NCBI RefSeq assembly: GCF_001457595.1
Contig: NZ_LN831039.1
Span: forward strand, 5,250,001 to 5,282,000
Origin: Mycolicibacterium smegmatis
GTDB lineage: Bacteria > Actinomycetota > Actinomycetes > Mycobacteriales > Mycobacteriaceae
DNA: 32,000 nt
Reading direction: 5' to 3'
The notes beneath the pieces were generated by a model. The model was not told the DNA's origin and did not search any database. It saw nothing but the letters and a program-made list of their open reading frames with translations. The position numbers were made by a program, and so were the translations under genes. Of the stretch, positions 19,156-27,050 are shown piece by piece (the stretch's first letter is position 1; each line of letters begins with the position of its first letter).

Positions 19156-19254
19156 TGCCGTAACGGTTGAATAACCGCCACACGTGTCACTTGAGTAACA
19201 CCAGTAACTCGATACGTTCGAGCCCAGACGTGCAGTCAATCGATTGGGAGAACG

Positions 19255-19863
19255 ATGAAATTCACCTGGAAAGCCATTTCCACCGGCATGATCGCGGCAG
19301 CGGGCGCTCTCCCGGTCGCGGTGGCCCTGAGCGGCGCGGCGAACGCCGAGCCGGCCCCGGTTCCGCCCGCGCCGATGCCGAACCTGCCGGTGGTCAACCA
19401 ACTCGCAGGCGTGCCGGGCGCCGCGCCGCAGCTGCTGCAGGGCGTCGCCTCCGCGCTCACCGGAACCCCGGCACAGGCTCCCGCGCCGCAGCCGACCGCG
19501 CAGGCGACCCTGACCCTGCCGCAGGCGCCGGCCACAGCGCCCGCCACGGTGCCTGCCGCGACCGCCACCGCGCCCGCGGTCACCCCGGCCGCCAACGGCG
19601 TGGCCTCGCTCGTGCCGTCGGCCGAGGTCACCATCCCGCAGGTGCCCGGTATGCCGATCCCGCTGCCGCAGTCGGTCAACATCCCCGGCGACCTCGCGGC
19701 GCTGGCGCCCATCGGCTCGCCGCTGGCCGGCCTTGCCCCGGCCGCGACCAACACCGCCGCCAGCGCGGCCACGGCCGCCGCACCCGCGGTGACCGCACCC
19801 GCGGCTTCGGCCCCCTCGGCAGTCGCGCCGCTGGCGCCGCTGCTGACCGCCGGTCTGCCGTGA
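19255..19863 (+). CDS. Ala/Pro-rich secreted protein (Rv1158c-like by position and composition)
   Basis: Signal peptide [33 protein letters not shown]; GGGAGAA RBS-like sequence. Confidence 0.8.
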   Translation: MKFTWKAISTGMIAAAGALPVAVALSGAANAEPAPVPPAPMPNLPVVNQLAGVPGAAPQLLQGVASALTGTPAQAPAPQPTAQATLTLPQAPATAPATVPAATATAPAVTPAANGVASLVPSAEVTIPQVPGMPIPLPQSVNIPGDLAALAPIGSPLAGLAPAATNTAASAATAAAPAVTAPAASAPSAVAPLAPLLTAGLP

Positions 19864-19904
19864 TCCCCGAACTGGTCTGACCGTCGAAACCCACTGGGAG
19901 AGTC

Positions 19905-20888
19905 ATGTCACCGAAAACGTTCCTCGCCACCGCCGCCGCGATCGGTTCGTCGGCCGCGCTGGTCCTCGGCACCGGCATCGCGCATGCCGACCCGGGGCCG
20001 CTGCCGATCGACGCGGCGCAGGCGCCGGGGCTCTCGGCGGTGCAGGGGCTGAGCCCGGTCATCCAGCAGGCGGCGGCCGATCCGGCCGGTGCCGCGCAGT
20101 TGCTGATGGCCGCGGCTCAGGCGTTCGCCGCCAACAAGACGGAACCTGCTGACTCTCGCAATGTGGCGACGGCGGTCAACCAGTTCGTCGCCGAACCCCT
20201 CACGGCGACGCCAGAACACATCCCGGCCGCCGGCGCCGGGCTCGACGCGCACCTGCCCGCCGGGATCGACCCGGCGCACGCCGTCGGCCCCGCCGAGGCC
20301 CTGCCACCTGCCGCCGAGCCACTGGCCGCCCCGGCGCCCGCCCCAGCGCCTGAGGCGGCCCCGGCACCCGCGCCTGAGGCCGCTCCCGCACCGGCACCTG
20401 AAGCTGCGGCACCGGCACCTGAGGCCCCGGCGCCCGCGCCTGCCCCGGCCGCGGCAGCGGCACCGGGATTCGGCCCGGATGCGCCGGTGACGCAGGAGTT
20501 CATGTACCCGTCGATCAGCAACGGGTGCCTCGCCGACGGCGGCAACGTCCTCGCGACCGCCATCTCGGTGGCCGGCCCCGCGACGATTCCGCTGCCCGGC
20601 CCGGGACCCGGCCAGACGGCCTACGTGTTCACCGCGATCGGCACCCCCGGCCCGGCCGCCGAGCAGAAACTGCCGCTCAACGTCACCTGGGTGAACCTCA
20701 CCACCGGCAAGTCGGGCAGCGCCACGCTCAAGACACGCCCGGACCTCAACCCCGAGGGCCCGACCACACTGACCGCGATCGCCGACACCGGCTCGGGCAG
20801 CATCATTTCCACGATCTTCGGCCAGGTCACGACGACCGAGAAGCAGTGCCAGTTCATGCCCACCATCGGATCCACGGTGGTGCCCTGA
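19905..20888 (+). CDS. Ala/Pro-rich secreted protein with conserved C-terminal domain (Rv1157c-like by position)
   Basis: Signal peptide ending AHADPGP; long (AP)n-E repeat then FGPDAPVTQEFMYPSISNGCLADGGN... domain. Confidence 0.8.
   Translation: MSPKTFLATAAAIGSSAALVLGTGIAHADPGPLPIDAAQAPGLSAVQGLSPVIQQAAADPAGAAQLLMAAAQAFAANKTEPADSRNVATAVNQFVAEPLTATPEHIPAAGAGLDAHLPAGIDPAHAVGPAEALPPAAEPLAAPAPAPAPEAAPAPAPEAAPAPAPEAAAPAPEAPAPAPAPAAAAAPGFGPDAPVTQEFMYPSISNGCLADGGNVLATAISVAGPATIPLPGPGPGQTAYVFTAIGTPGPAAEQKLPLNVTWVNLTTGKSGSATLKTRPDLNPEGPTTLTAIADTGSGSIISTIFGQVTTTEKQCQFMPTIGSTVVP
20329..20462 (+). repeat. Imperfect in-frame tandem repeat encoding PAPAPEAA units
   Basis: Protein track AAPAPAPAPEAAPAPAPEAAPAPAPEAAAPAPEAPAPAPAPAAAA. 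Confidence 0.8.
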
Positions 20889-20909
20889 CCACATCGAGAA
20901 AATGGGGAA

Positions 20910-20956
20910 ACGAAATTCCCGGTCGCTGGCGACATGCCGGCGACCGGGAATTTTGT
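20910..20956. terminator. Bidirectional intrinsic-terminator-like hairpin
   Basis: AAATTCCCGGTCGCTGGC (20913-20930) - GACAT - GCCGGCGACCGGGAATTT (20936-20953), 18-bp stem with one G-T wobble, extendable to 21 bp; between convergent genes. Confidence 0.75.
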
Positions 20957-20983
20957 ATGGGCTGAATCGAGTGCGTCAGTAAG

Positions 20984-21133
20984 TCAGTACGCCATGAACA
21001 GGATCATCTCGCGGTCGTACTCGCGACCGGGGTGGGACTCGGCGAGGTGCGCCTGCGCCTTCTCGACCAGATCGTCCTCATCGGTGCCGACGATCGCTTC
21101 TCCGCAGGGACAGTTCAGATGTGTCTTCGCCAT
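20984..21133 (-). CDS. DUF1059-family small protein
   Basis: MAKTHLNCPCGEAIVGTDEDDLVEKAQAHLAESHPGREYDREMILFMAY; start refined within listed ORF 20984..21757. Confidence 0.85.
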   Translation of the reverse strand: MAKTHLNCPCGEAIVGTDEDDLVEKAQAHLAESHPGREYDREMILFMAY

Positions 21134-21178
21134 ATGTTCACCATTGCATAGGAATACAAAAGGCAAAAGGATGCATCC

Positions 21179-21832
21179 ATGGAGTTCACCGACGTCGTCC
21201 GCACAACCGCCGCGATTCGCCAGTTCACCGGCGATCCCCTCCCCGACGACGTGCTGAGGCGCATCCTGGACAACGCCCGGTTCGCCCCCAGCGGCGGCAA
21301 CCGGCAGGGCACGCGTGTCGTGGTGATCCGCGACCGCGACACCCGCGAGGCGCTCGCCGATCTCACCGTCACCGGATCCCGCCGCTACATCGCCCAGAAG
21401 CGCATCGGTGAGAACCCGTGGAATCCGTTGCATCCCACGGCCGTCACCGAAGCGGATCTCGCGGCCGTCGACGTCCCCCGCGCCACACCGCTGCTCGACG
21501 CCGCGGTGGTGATCGTGGTGTGCGTCGATCTCGGTGTCGTCGCCGCGTTCGATCAGGACCTCGACCGCATCGGCGTGGTGTCCGGTGCGTCGGTGTATCC
21601 GTTCGTGTGGAACATCCTGCTCTCGGCGCGCAACGAAGGCTTCGGCGGCGTGCTCACGACGATGGCGATCGCCGAGGAGCCGAAGGTCAAAGAGCTGCTC
21701 GCCATTCCCGACGACTACGCCGTGGCGGCGGTCCTGCCGCTGGGCAAGCCCGTGCACCAGCCCACCAAACTCACACGCAAGCCCGTCTCCGAGATCGCCA
21801 CGCGCGAGCGCTTCGACGGCGCCCCGTTCTAG
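21179..21832 (+). CDS. Nitroreductase family protein
   Basis: TTAAIRQFTGDPLPDDVLRRILDNARFAPSGGNRQGTRVVVIRD; AAAAGGA upstream of ATG. Confidence 0.9.
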   Translation: MEFTDVVRTTAAIRQFTGDPLPDDVLRRILDNARFAPSGGNRQGTRVVVIRDRDTREALADLTVTGSRRYIAQKRIGENPWNPLHPTAVTEADLAAVDVPRATPLLDAAVVIVVCVDLGVVAAFDQDLDRIGVVSGASVYPFVWNILLSARNEGFGGVLTTMAIAEEPKVKELLAIPDDYAVAAVLPLGKPVHQPTKLTRKPVSEIATRERFDGAPF

Positions 21833-21850
21833 GGCTGCTTGTCACTTGGC

Positions 21851-22432
21851 CTACTTGTTCTTGGCGGCTTTCGCGGCGGCCTTCATGTCCTTCTTGTACG
21901 CGCGGACCTTCTGCAGCGACCCGGCATCCACGACATCGGCGACCGACATGTAGGTGCCGGCCTTGCCGTAGTCACCCGCCGCCTCACGCCAACCCTCGGG
22001 CGTCACGCCGTACTGCTTGCCCAGCAGCGCCAGGAAGATCCGGGCCTTCTGATCGCCGAACCCGGGCAGCCGCTTGAGCCTGCGCAGCACCTCGGGGCCG
22101 TCGGGGTCACCGCCGGTCCAGATCGCCGTGACGTCACCGTCGTAATCGTCGACGACGGCCTGCGCGAGCGCCTGCACCCGCTTTGCCATCGATCCCGGAA
22201 ACCGGTGCACGGCAGGGGTTTCGGAGAACTTCTCGGCGAACTTGTCGGGGTTGTACTCGGCGATGTGCACCGCGTCGACCTTCCCGATACGGTCCGCGAG
22301 CTTCTTGGGCCCGGCGAACGCGGTCTCCATCGGGATCTGCTGATCGAGCAGCATGCCGACCAGAAGCGCGAACGGGTTGGACTCCAACAGCGCGTCGGCG
22401 TCCGGGTCTTGCACAAGCTGCAGCGTGGGCAC
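21851..22432 (-). CDS. HhH-GPD-type base-excision DNA glycosylase-like protein
   Basis: LLVGMLLDQQIPMETAFAGP and LKRLPGFGDQKARIFLALLGKQYGV helix-hairpin-helix region. Confidence 0.85.
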   Translation of the reverse strand: MPTLQLVQDPDADALLESNPFALLVGMLLDQQIPMETAFAGPKKLADRIGKVDAVHIAEYNPDKFAEKFSETPAVHRFPGSMAKRVQALAQAVVDDYDGDVTAIWTGGDPDGPEVLRRLKRLPGFGDQKARIFLALLGKQYGVTPEGWREAAGDYGKAGTYMSVADVVDAGSLQKVRAYKKDMKAAAKAAKNK

Positions 22433-22525
22433 GTGGCCAGTTTAGATCGCGTTTTGACGCCGGTGTCGGTGCGGTGTGCGAACGTGTAATCAGTATTTGC
22501 CTGGTGACACCCCTGGAGAACAGAC

Positions 22526-22822
22526 ATGAAACGTGTGATTGCGCCCCTTGTGGCCGCGGTCGGCGCCGCGATCGCCTTTGCTGCTGCGGCACACGCGATC
22601 CCCGACCAGGGCACGCCGGCATTCGACGAGTACATGCAGGGCCTGGAACGCAACGGCTACCACCTGAACCCGGACACCGCGTGGCGCGTGGCCCACCAGG
22701 CGTGCATCGGCGGCATCCCGGGCTACATCGGTCTGGAACTGGCCGCGCAAGGGGTCGTCGGCCCGGGTGCCCAGCAGCGCGTCATGAACGTCGCGCAGCA
22801 ATACGCGTGCCCGGTTCAATAG
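22526..22822 (+). CDS. DUF732-like secreted protein
   Basis: Signal peptide; F/Y-x-LERNGYHLNPDTAWRVAHQACIGG...AQQYACPVQ typical of mycobacterial DUF732. Confidence 0.82.
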   Translation: MKRVIAPLVAAVGAAIAFAAAAHAIPDQGTPAFDEYMQGLERNGYHLNPDTAWRVAHQACIGGIPGYIGLELAAQGVVGPGAQQRVMNVAQQYACPVQ

Positions 22823-22843
22823 GGCTCCAATAATGTCTCAATA

Positions 22844-24043
22844 GTGTCGGGCGAGGTTGCGATAGCGCTGGCGTTGGCGCTGGTGCTGACGGCGGTGGTC
22901 GCGATCGTGGTGGTGCGCACCCGCCGCGTCGTCGCAACCCCCACCGAACGGGCCGTCCACGCGGCCCTGCACACCGCGTCGTCGGCGGCACGCGCACTAC
23001 GCCGCGGCCTGGACACCGACTCGGCGCAGACCGCGGCGCCGTACCTGCGCGGGCTCACCGTCACGCAGGGGCTCGCGCTGTTCGACGGCGACGGTCAGCT
23101 GCTCGCGCTCGATCCCGACGACGACGCGCTGTGGCAGACCGACATCATCGACACGTGCACCAGCACGGCCCGCGACTCGATCGCCGACCAGCGCCGCAAG
23201 CTCACCAGCGCCCGGCCGATGACCGTGGTGGCCCAGCCGCTGCTCACCGAGGCAGGCGACGTGCTGGGCGCCCTGGTGGTGGTCACCGCGAGCACACCCG
23301 GGCCGGGCATGCTCGGCGCTGTCGGCGAGGTGGCGCGATACGCCGCGAGCCAGATCGAACTCGCCGAACTCGACGCGTCACGCGCCCGGTTGGACCGCGC
23401 CGAGGTGCTCGCGCTGCGCGCCCAGATCAGCCCGCACTTCATCTACAACGCGCTCAACACCATCGCGTCGTTCGTGCGCACCGATCCCGACCGCGCCCGC
23501 GAGCTGATCCTGGAGTTCGCCGACTTCACGCGGTACTCGTTCCGGGCCGCCGGCCAGTACACGACGCTGGCCGACGAACTGCGCAACATCGATCGCTACC
23601 TCACCTTGGAGCGCGCCCGGTTCGGACAGTCGCTGAAGGTGCGATTGCAGGTGGCACCCGAGGTGCTCAACGTCGTGGTGCCGTTCCTCGCCTTGCAACC
23701 GCTGGTCGAGAACGCCGTGCGTCACGGGCTGGCCGGCCAGGGCGGCGGCACCGTCGAGATCATCGCGCGTGACGAGGGCACCGACTGCGTCATCACCGTC
23801 GAGGACGACGGTGCAGGCATGGACCCCGAGACCCTGCGCGCCGGACAGGGTGACGCGCTGGCCGATCGCACCGACCAGGGCGCACACGTGGGTCTGACGA
23901 ATGTGGACCATCGCCTGCGCGCCGCCTTCGGCAACGACTACGGTCTTGTGGTCGAGACGGCGTTAGGAGCGGGAACCAAGGTCATGATGCGGGTACCGAA
24001 GTTCCGGTCCGGCGTGCACGCCGGCGGAGGTGCATTCGGATGA
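22844..24043 (+). CDS. LytS/YehU-type sensor histidine kinase
   Basis: RAQISPHFIYNALNTIASFVRTDPDRARELILEFADFTRYSFR (His_kinase domain) and HATPase VENAVRHGLAGQGGG...DDGAGM; GTG start; single N-terminal TM plus GAF/PAS-like region. Confidence 0.92.
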   Translation: MSGEVAIALALALVLTAVVAIVVVRTRRVVATPTERAVHAALHTASSAARALRRGLDTDSAQTAAPYLRGLTVTQGLALFDGDGQLLALDPDDDALWQTDIIDTCTSTARDSIADQRRKLTSARPMTVVAQPLLTEAGDVLGALVVVTASTPGPGMLGAVGEVARYAASQIELAELDASRARLDRAEVLALRAQISPHFIYNALNTIASFVRTDPDRARELILEFADFTRYSFRAAGQYTTLADELRNIDRYLTLERARFGQSLKVRLQVAPEVLNVVVPFLALQPLVENAVRHGLAGQGGGTVEIIARDEGTDCVITVEDDGAGMDPETLRAGQGDALADRTDQGAHVGLTNVDHRLRAAFGNDYGLVVETALGAGTKVMMRVPKFRSGVHAGGGAFG

Positions 24044-24825
24044 GCACACGCGCACTGACCGTGCTCGCGGTCGACGACGAAGCCCCCGCACTCGACGAAC
24101 TGGCCTATCTGCTGGGCCGCAATCCCGATGTCGCCGAGGTGCTCACGGCCTCCGACGCGACCTCGGCCCTGCGCGAGTTGAACCGGCACACCATCGACGC
24201 GGTGTTCCTCGACATCAACATGCCCGGCCTGTCGGGCATCGAACTCGCCGGCGTGCTCACCAACTTCGCGCACCGGCCCGCGGTGGTGTTCGTGACCGCG
24301 CACGACGACAAGGCCGTCGCGGCGTTCGACGTCGGCGCGGTCGACTATCTGCTCAAACCGATCCGGCAGAACCGCCTCGACGAAGCCGTCCGACGCGTGG
24401 GCGCCGCGCCTTCACCGACCACCGAGACCCCCGCCGACGATCAGGACTCCGCGGTGATCCCCGCCGAACTCGGCGGCATCACCCACCTGGTGCCGCGCGA
24501 CAGCATCGGCTGGGTCGAAGCCGAGGGCGACTACGCCAGGCTGCACTCGGCCACCGGTGCGCACCTGGTCCGAATCCCGTTGAGCACGTTGGAAACCCGT
24601 TGGCGAGACCACGGCTTCCAGCGCATCCACCGGTCGTACCTGGTGTCGCTGAAGCAAGTGACGGGCCTGCGCACCGCCGACGGTGCCGTGCTGGTGCGCC
24701 TGCGCGCCAACGGCGCCTCCCCCGCCGTCGAACTTCCCGTGAGCCGCAGGCAGGCACGAGAACTGCGCGACCGCCTGGTCCGTGACCCCATGCGCAACCT
24801 GAAACCGACAGGTGCCGATGACTAG
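24040..24825 (+). CDS. LytTR-family response regulator
   Basis: Receiver VLAVDDEAPALDEL...FLDINMPGLSGIEL...DYLLKPI, C-terminal LytTR domain HLVPRDSIGWVEAEGDYARLHS...RWRDHGFQRIHRSYLV. Confidence 0.95.
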   Translation: MSTRALTVLAVDDEAPALDELAYLLGRNPDVAEVLTASDATSALRELNRHTIDAVFLDINMPGLSGIELAGVLTNFAHRPAVVFVTAHDDKAVAAFDVGAVDYLLKPIRQNRLDEAVRRVGAAPSPTTETPADDQDSAVIPAELGGITHLVPRDSIGWVEAEGDYARLHSATGAHLVRIPLSTLETRWRDHGFQRIHRSYLVSLKQVTGLRTADGAVLVRLRANGASPAVELPVSRRQARELRDRLVRDPMRNLKPTGADD

Positions 24826-25192
24826 CGGGGAGAAACCGGTACGACGACGCGTCGTGCTCGCGCACCGACGAGGCGCGCGCATGGTGCGCACCCGCATCGA
24901 GGTGCAGGAGCAGACCCAGGTGGGCGACGCGCTGGTACGCGGCCTGATGCGCGCCCAACTCGGGCTCGCGCTGCGCCTGGCCGCGGTGGTGGTCTCGATC
25001 GTGGCGGCTGTGGTGCTGTTCACCACGGCCGCACCGGAACTGGCGTCGCTCTCCGTGTTCGGGATCCGGCTGAACTGGCTGATCCTGGCCGGGCTGATCT
25101 ATCCCCTGCTCTACGGCGTGGGACGGATCTACGTCCGGCTGGCCGAGCAGGGCGAGCGGGACTTCGTCCGCGTGGTCGACAGCGAACCATGA
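24818..25192 (+). CDS. Small two-TM membrane protein preceding symporter (DUF485-like arrangement)
   Basis: ORF refined to ATG 24818 (MTSGEKPV); two TM segments; 8-nt overlap with response regulator, ATGA overlap with symporter. Confidence 0.8.
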   Translation: MTSGEKPVRRRVVLAHRRGARMVRTRIEVQEQTQVGDALVRGLMRAQLGLALRLAAVVVSIVAAVVLFTTAAPELASLSVFGIRLNWLILAGLIYPLLYGVGRIYVRLAEQGERDFVRVVDSEP

Positions 25193-26931
25193 CCGGCTCT
25201 CCCCTGACCGCTGCCGCGCTGCTGTTCGCGGCCGTGGCGACCATCGCGATCGGCGCCTACGGCGTGAAGTTCTCGCGCACCACATCCGACTTCCTGGTGG
25301 CCTCGCGCAGCGTCGGGTCACGCTGGAACGCCGCGGCGATCTCGGGTGAATACCTCTCGGCCGCATCATTTCTCGGTGTGGCCGGGTTGATCGCGAAGTA
25401 CGGCGCCGACGCCCTGTGGTATCCCGTGGGTTTCACGGCGGGCTACCTGGGCCTGCTGTTGTTCGTCGCCGCGCCGCTGCGCCGCTCCGGCGCCTATACC
25501 GTGCCCGATTTCGCCGAATTCCGGCTCGGCTCAGTGTGGTTGCGCAAGGTCGCGATGCTGGTCGTCGTGGTGATCTGTGTGTTCTACCTGGCGCCGCAGT
25601 ATCAGGGCGCCGGGCTCGCGCTGAAAACGCTGCTGGGCGCACCGGTCTGGATCGGTCCGCTGCTGGTGGGCGCGATCGTGATCACCAACGTGGTCGCTGG
25701 CGGCATGCGCTCGATCACGTTCGTCCAGGCCTTCCAGTACTGGCTCAAGCTGACCGCGATCGCGATCCCGGCGCTCGCACTGCTCGGTCTGTTCATCAAC
25801 GATCGCGGCGAACTCGGCGGGCCGCTCCCGCCGAGCGTCGAGGAGCAGACCACCGTCGCCATCGACACCGACGTCGTAGTGCGCGTCGTCGAACCGGCCG
25901 GCATCACGGTCACCGGAACCCTCGATGGTCAGGAGGTGGCCGACGCGCCGATCGGCGCACCCGGTGACCACACCCTCGACGCCGGAACCACCCTCACCCT
26001 CGACGCGGGCGCGGCCACCCCGGTGGTCGCGGGCACGCCGAGCACCGGTTCGCAGTGGCTGGCCTCCGGCGGCGGTCTGGGCGGCGGCCACCCGCTGTAT
26101 CAGGTGGTGTCGATCATCGTCGCGACGTTCCTCGGGACGATGGGCCTGCCGCACGTGCTGGTGCGGTTCTACACCAACCCCGACGGGCGGGCCGCGCGAC
26201 GCACGGCGCTGGCGGTGATCGCACTGCTGTCGCTGTTCTACCTGTTCCCGACGCTGCTGGGGGTGTTCTCCCGGTTGTACGTGCCGCAGTTGCTGATCAC
26301 CGGAACCGCTGACGCCGCGGTGCTGCTGGCGCCCGGCGCGGCGATCGGCGGGGCGTTGGGACAACTGCTGGCCGCGCTGGTGGCCGCCGGTGCGATCGCG
26401 GCGTTCCTGGCGACGTCGTCGGGACTGTTGGTGAGCATCGCAGGCGCGCTGGCCACCGACGTGCTGCGGGGGCGGGTGCGTGACTTCCGCGTCGCGGCGG
26501 TGATCGGCGGGATCATCCCGATCCCGTTGTCGCTGTTCGTATCCGGACTCGAACTGTCCCGCAGCGTCGGGCTCGCGTTCGCGGTGGCGGCCTCGACGCT
26601 GTGCCCGCTTCTGGTGCTGGGCATCTGGTGGCGCCGGCTGACCGTGGTGGGCGCGGCCAGCGGGCTGGTGGTCGGCGGGGTGGTGTGCGGCAGCGCCGTG
26701 ATCATCGCGATCGCCGGCGGCGTCGACGAGAACGTCCTGGGCGGTTGGCCCGCGGTGATGATCGGATACCCGGCCGCCGTCAGTGTGCCGCTGGCGTTCC
26801 TGACGATGATCGTCGTCAGCCTGGCCACCCGCACAACACTCAGCGGACCCACCGTCGCGCAGATCTTCGCGCGTATGCACGTACCGGAACGGCTCGGTAT
26901 GGGCGTCGAACGTCTGCCGCAGTCCCGCTGA
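25189..26931 (+). CDS. Sodium:solute symporter (SSS) family, cation/monocarboxylate-type
   Basis: 580 aa; TSDFLVASRSVGSRWNAAAISGEYLSAASFLGVAGLI and QFYWLK/TWIQ-like core; ~100-aa region between TM segments at 25801..26100. Confidence 0.9.
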   Translation: MTGSPLTAAALLFAAVATIAIGAYGVKFSRTTSDFLVASRSVGSRWNAAAISGEYLSAASFLGVAGLIAKYGADALWYPVGFTAGYLGLLLFVAAPLRRSGAYTVPDFAEFRLGSVWLRKVAMLVVVVICVFYLAPQYQGAGLALKTLLGAPVWIGPLLVGAIVITNVVAGGMRSITFVQAFQYWLKLTAIAIPALALLGLFINDRGELGGPLPPSVEEQTTVAIDTDVVVRVVEPAGITVTGTLDGQEVADAPIGAPGDHTLDAGTTLTLDAGAATPVVAGTPSTGSQWLASGGGLGGGHPLYQVVSIIVATFLGTMGLPHVLVRFYTNPDGRAARRTALAVIALLSLFYLFPTLLGVFSRLYVPQLLITGTADAAVLLAPGAAIGGALGQLLAALVAAGAIAAFLATSSGLLVSIAGALATDVLRGRVRDFRVAAVIGGIIPIPLSLFVSGLELSRSVGLAFAVAASTLCPLLVLGIWWRRLTVVGAASGLVVGGVVCGSAVIIAIAGGVDENVLGGWPAVMIGYPAAVSVPLAFLTMIVVSLATRTTLSGPTVAQIFARMHVPERLGMGVERLPQSR

Positions 26932-27010
26932 CCGCCGGCGCTACAGGGCCCGTGACGACCCGTCGGAAGCGTACTCGACCAGCGGTGCTTTCCTCGATGA
27001 CACTTATCGC

Positions 27011-27043
27011 CCTTGGAAGACACCAAGGTTCACGGTCTAGCAT
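27011..27043 (+). promoter_or_regulatory. Inverted repeat CCTTGG-N6-CCAAGG upstream of a leaderless -10 (TAGCAT)
   Basis: IR 27011..27028; TAGCAT 27038..27043, 7 nt before ATG 27051. Confidence 0.4.
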
Positions 27044-27050
27044 CGGCCCC

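Noticed and set aside
20329-20462. Possible CRISPR-like or VNTR array
   Set aside because: Units are irregular, in-frame and encode Pro/Ala-rich linker; no spacers. Simple protein low-complexity repeat.
25531-26880. 449-aa minus-strand ORF
   Set aside because: Shadow of the SSS symporter; repetitive DDHRDHH/QQ composition typical of reverse-complemented GC-rich membrane protein genes.
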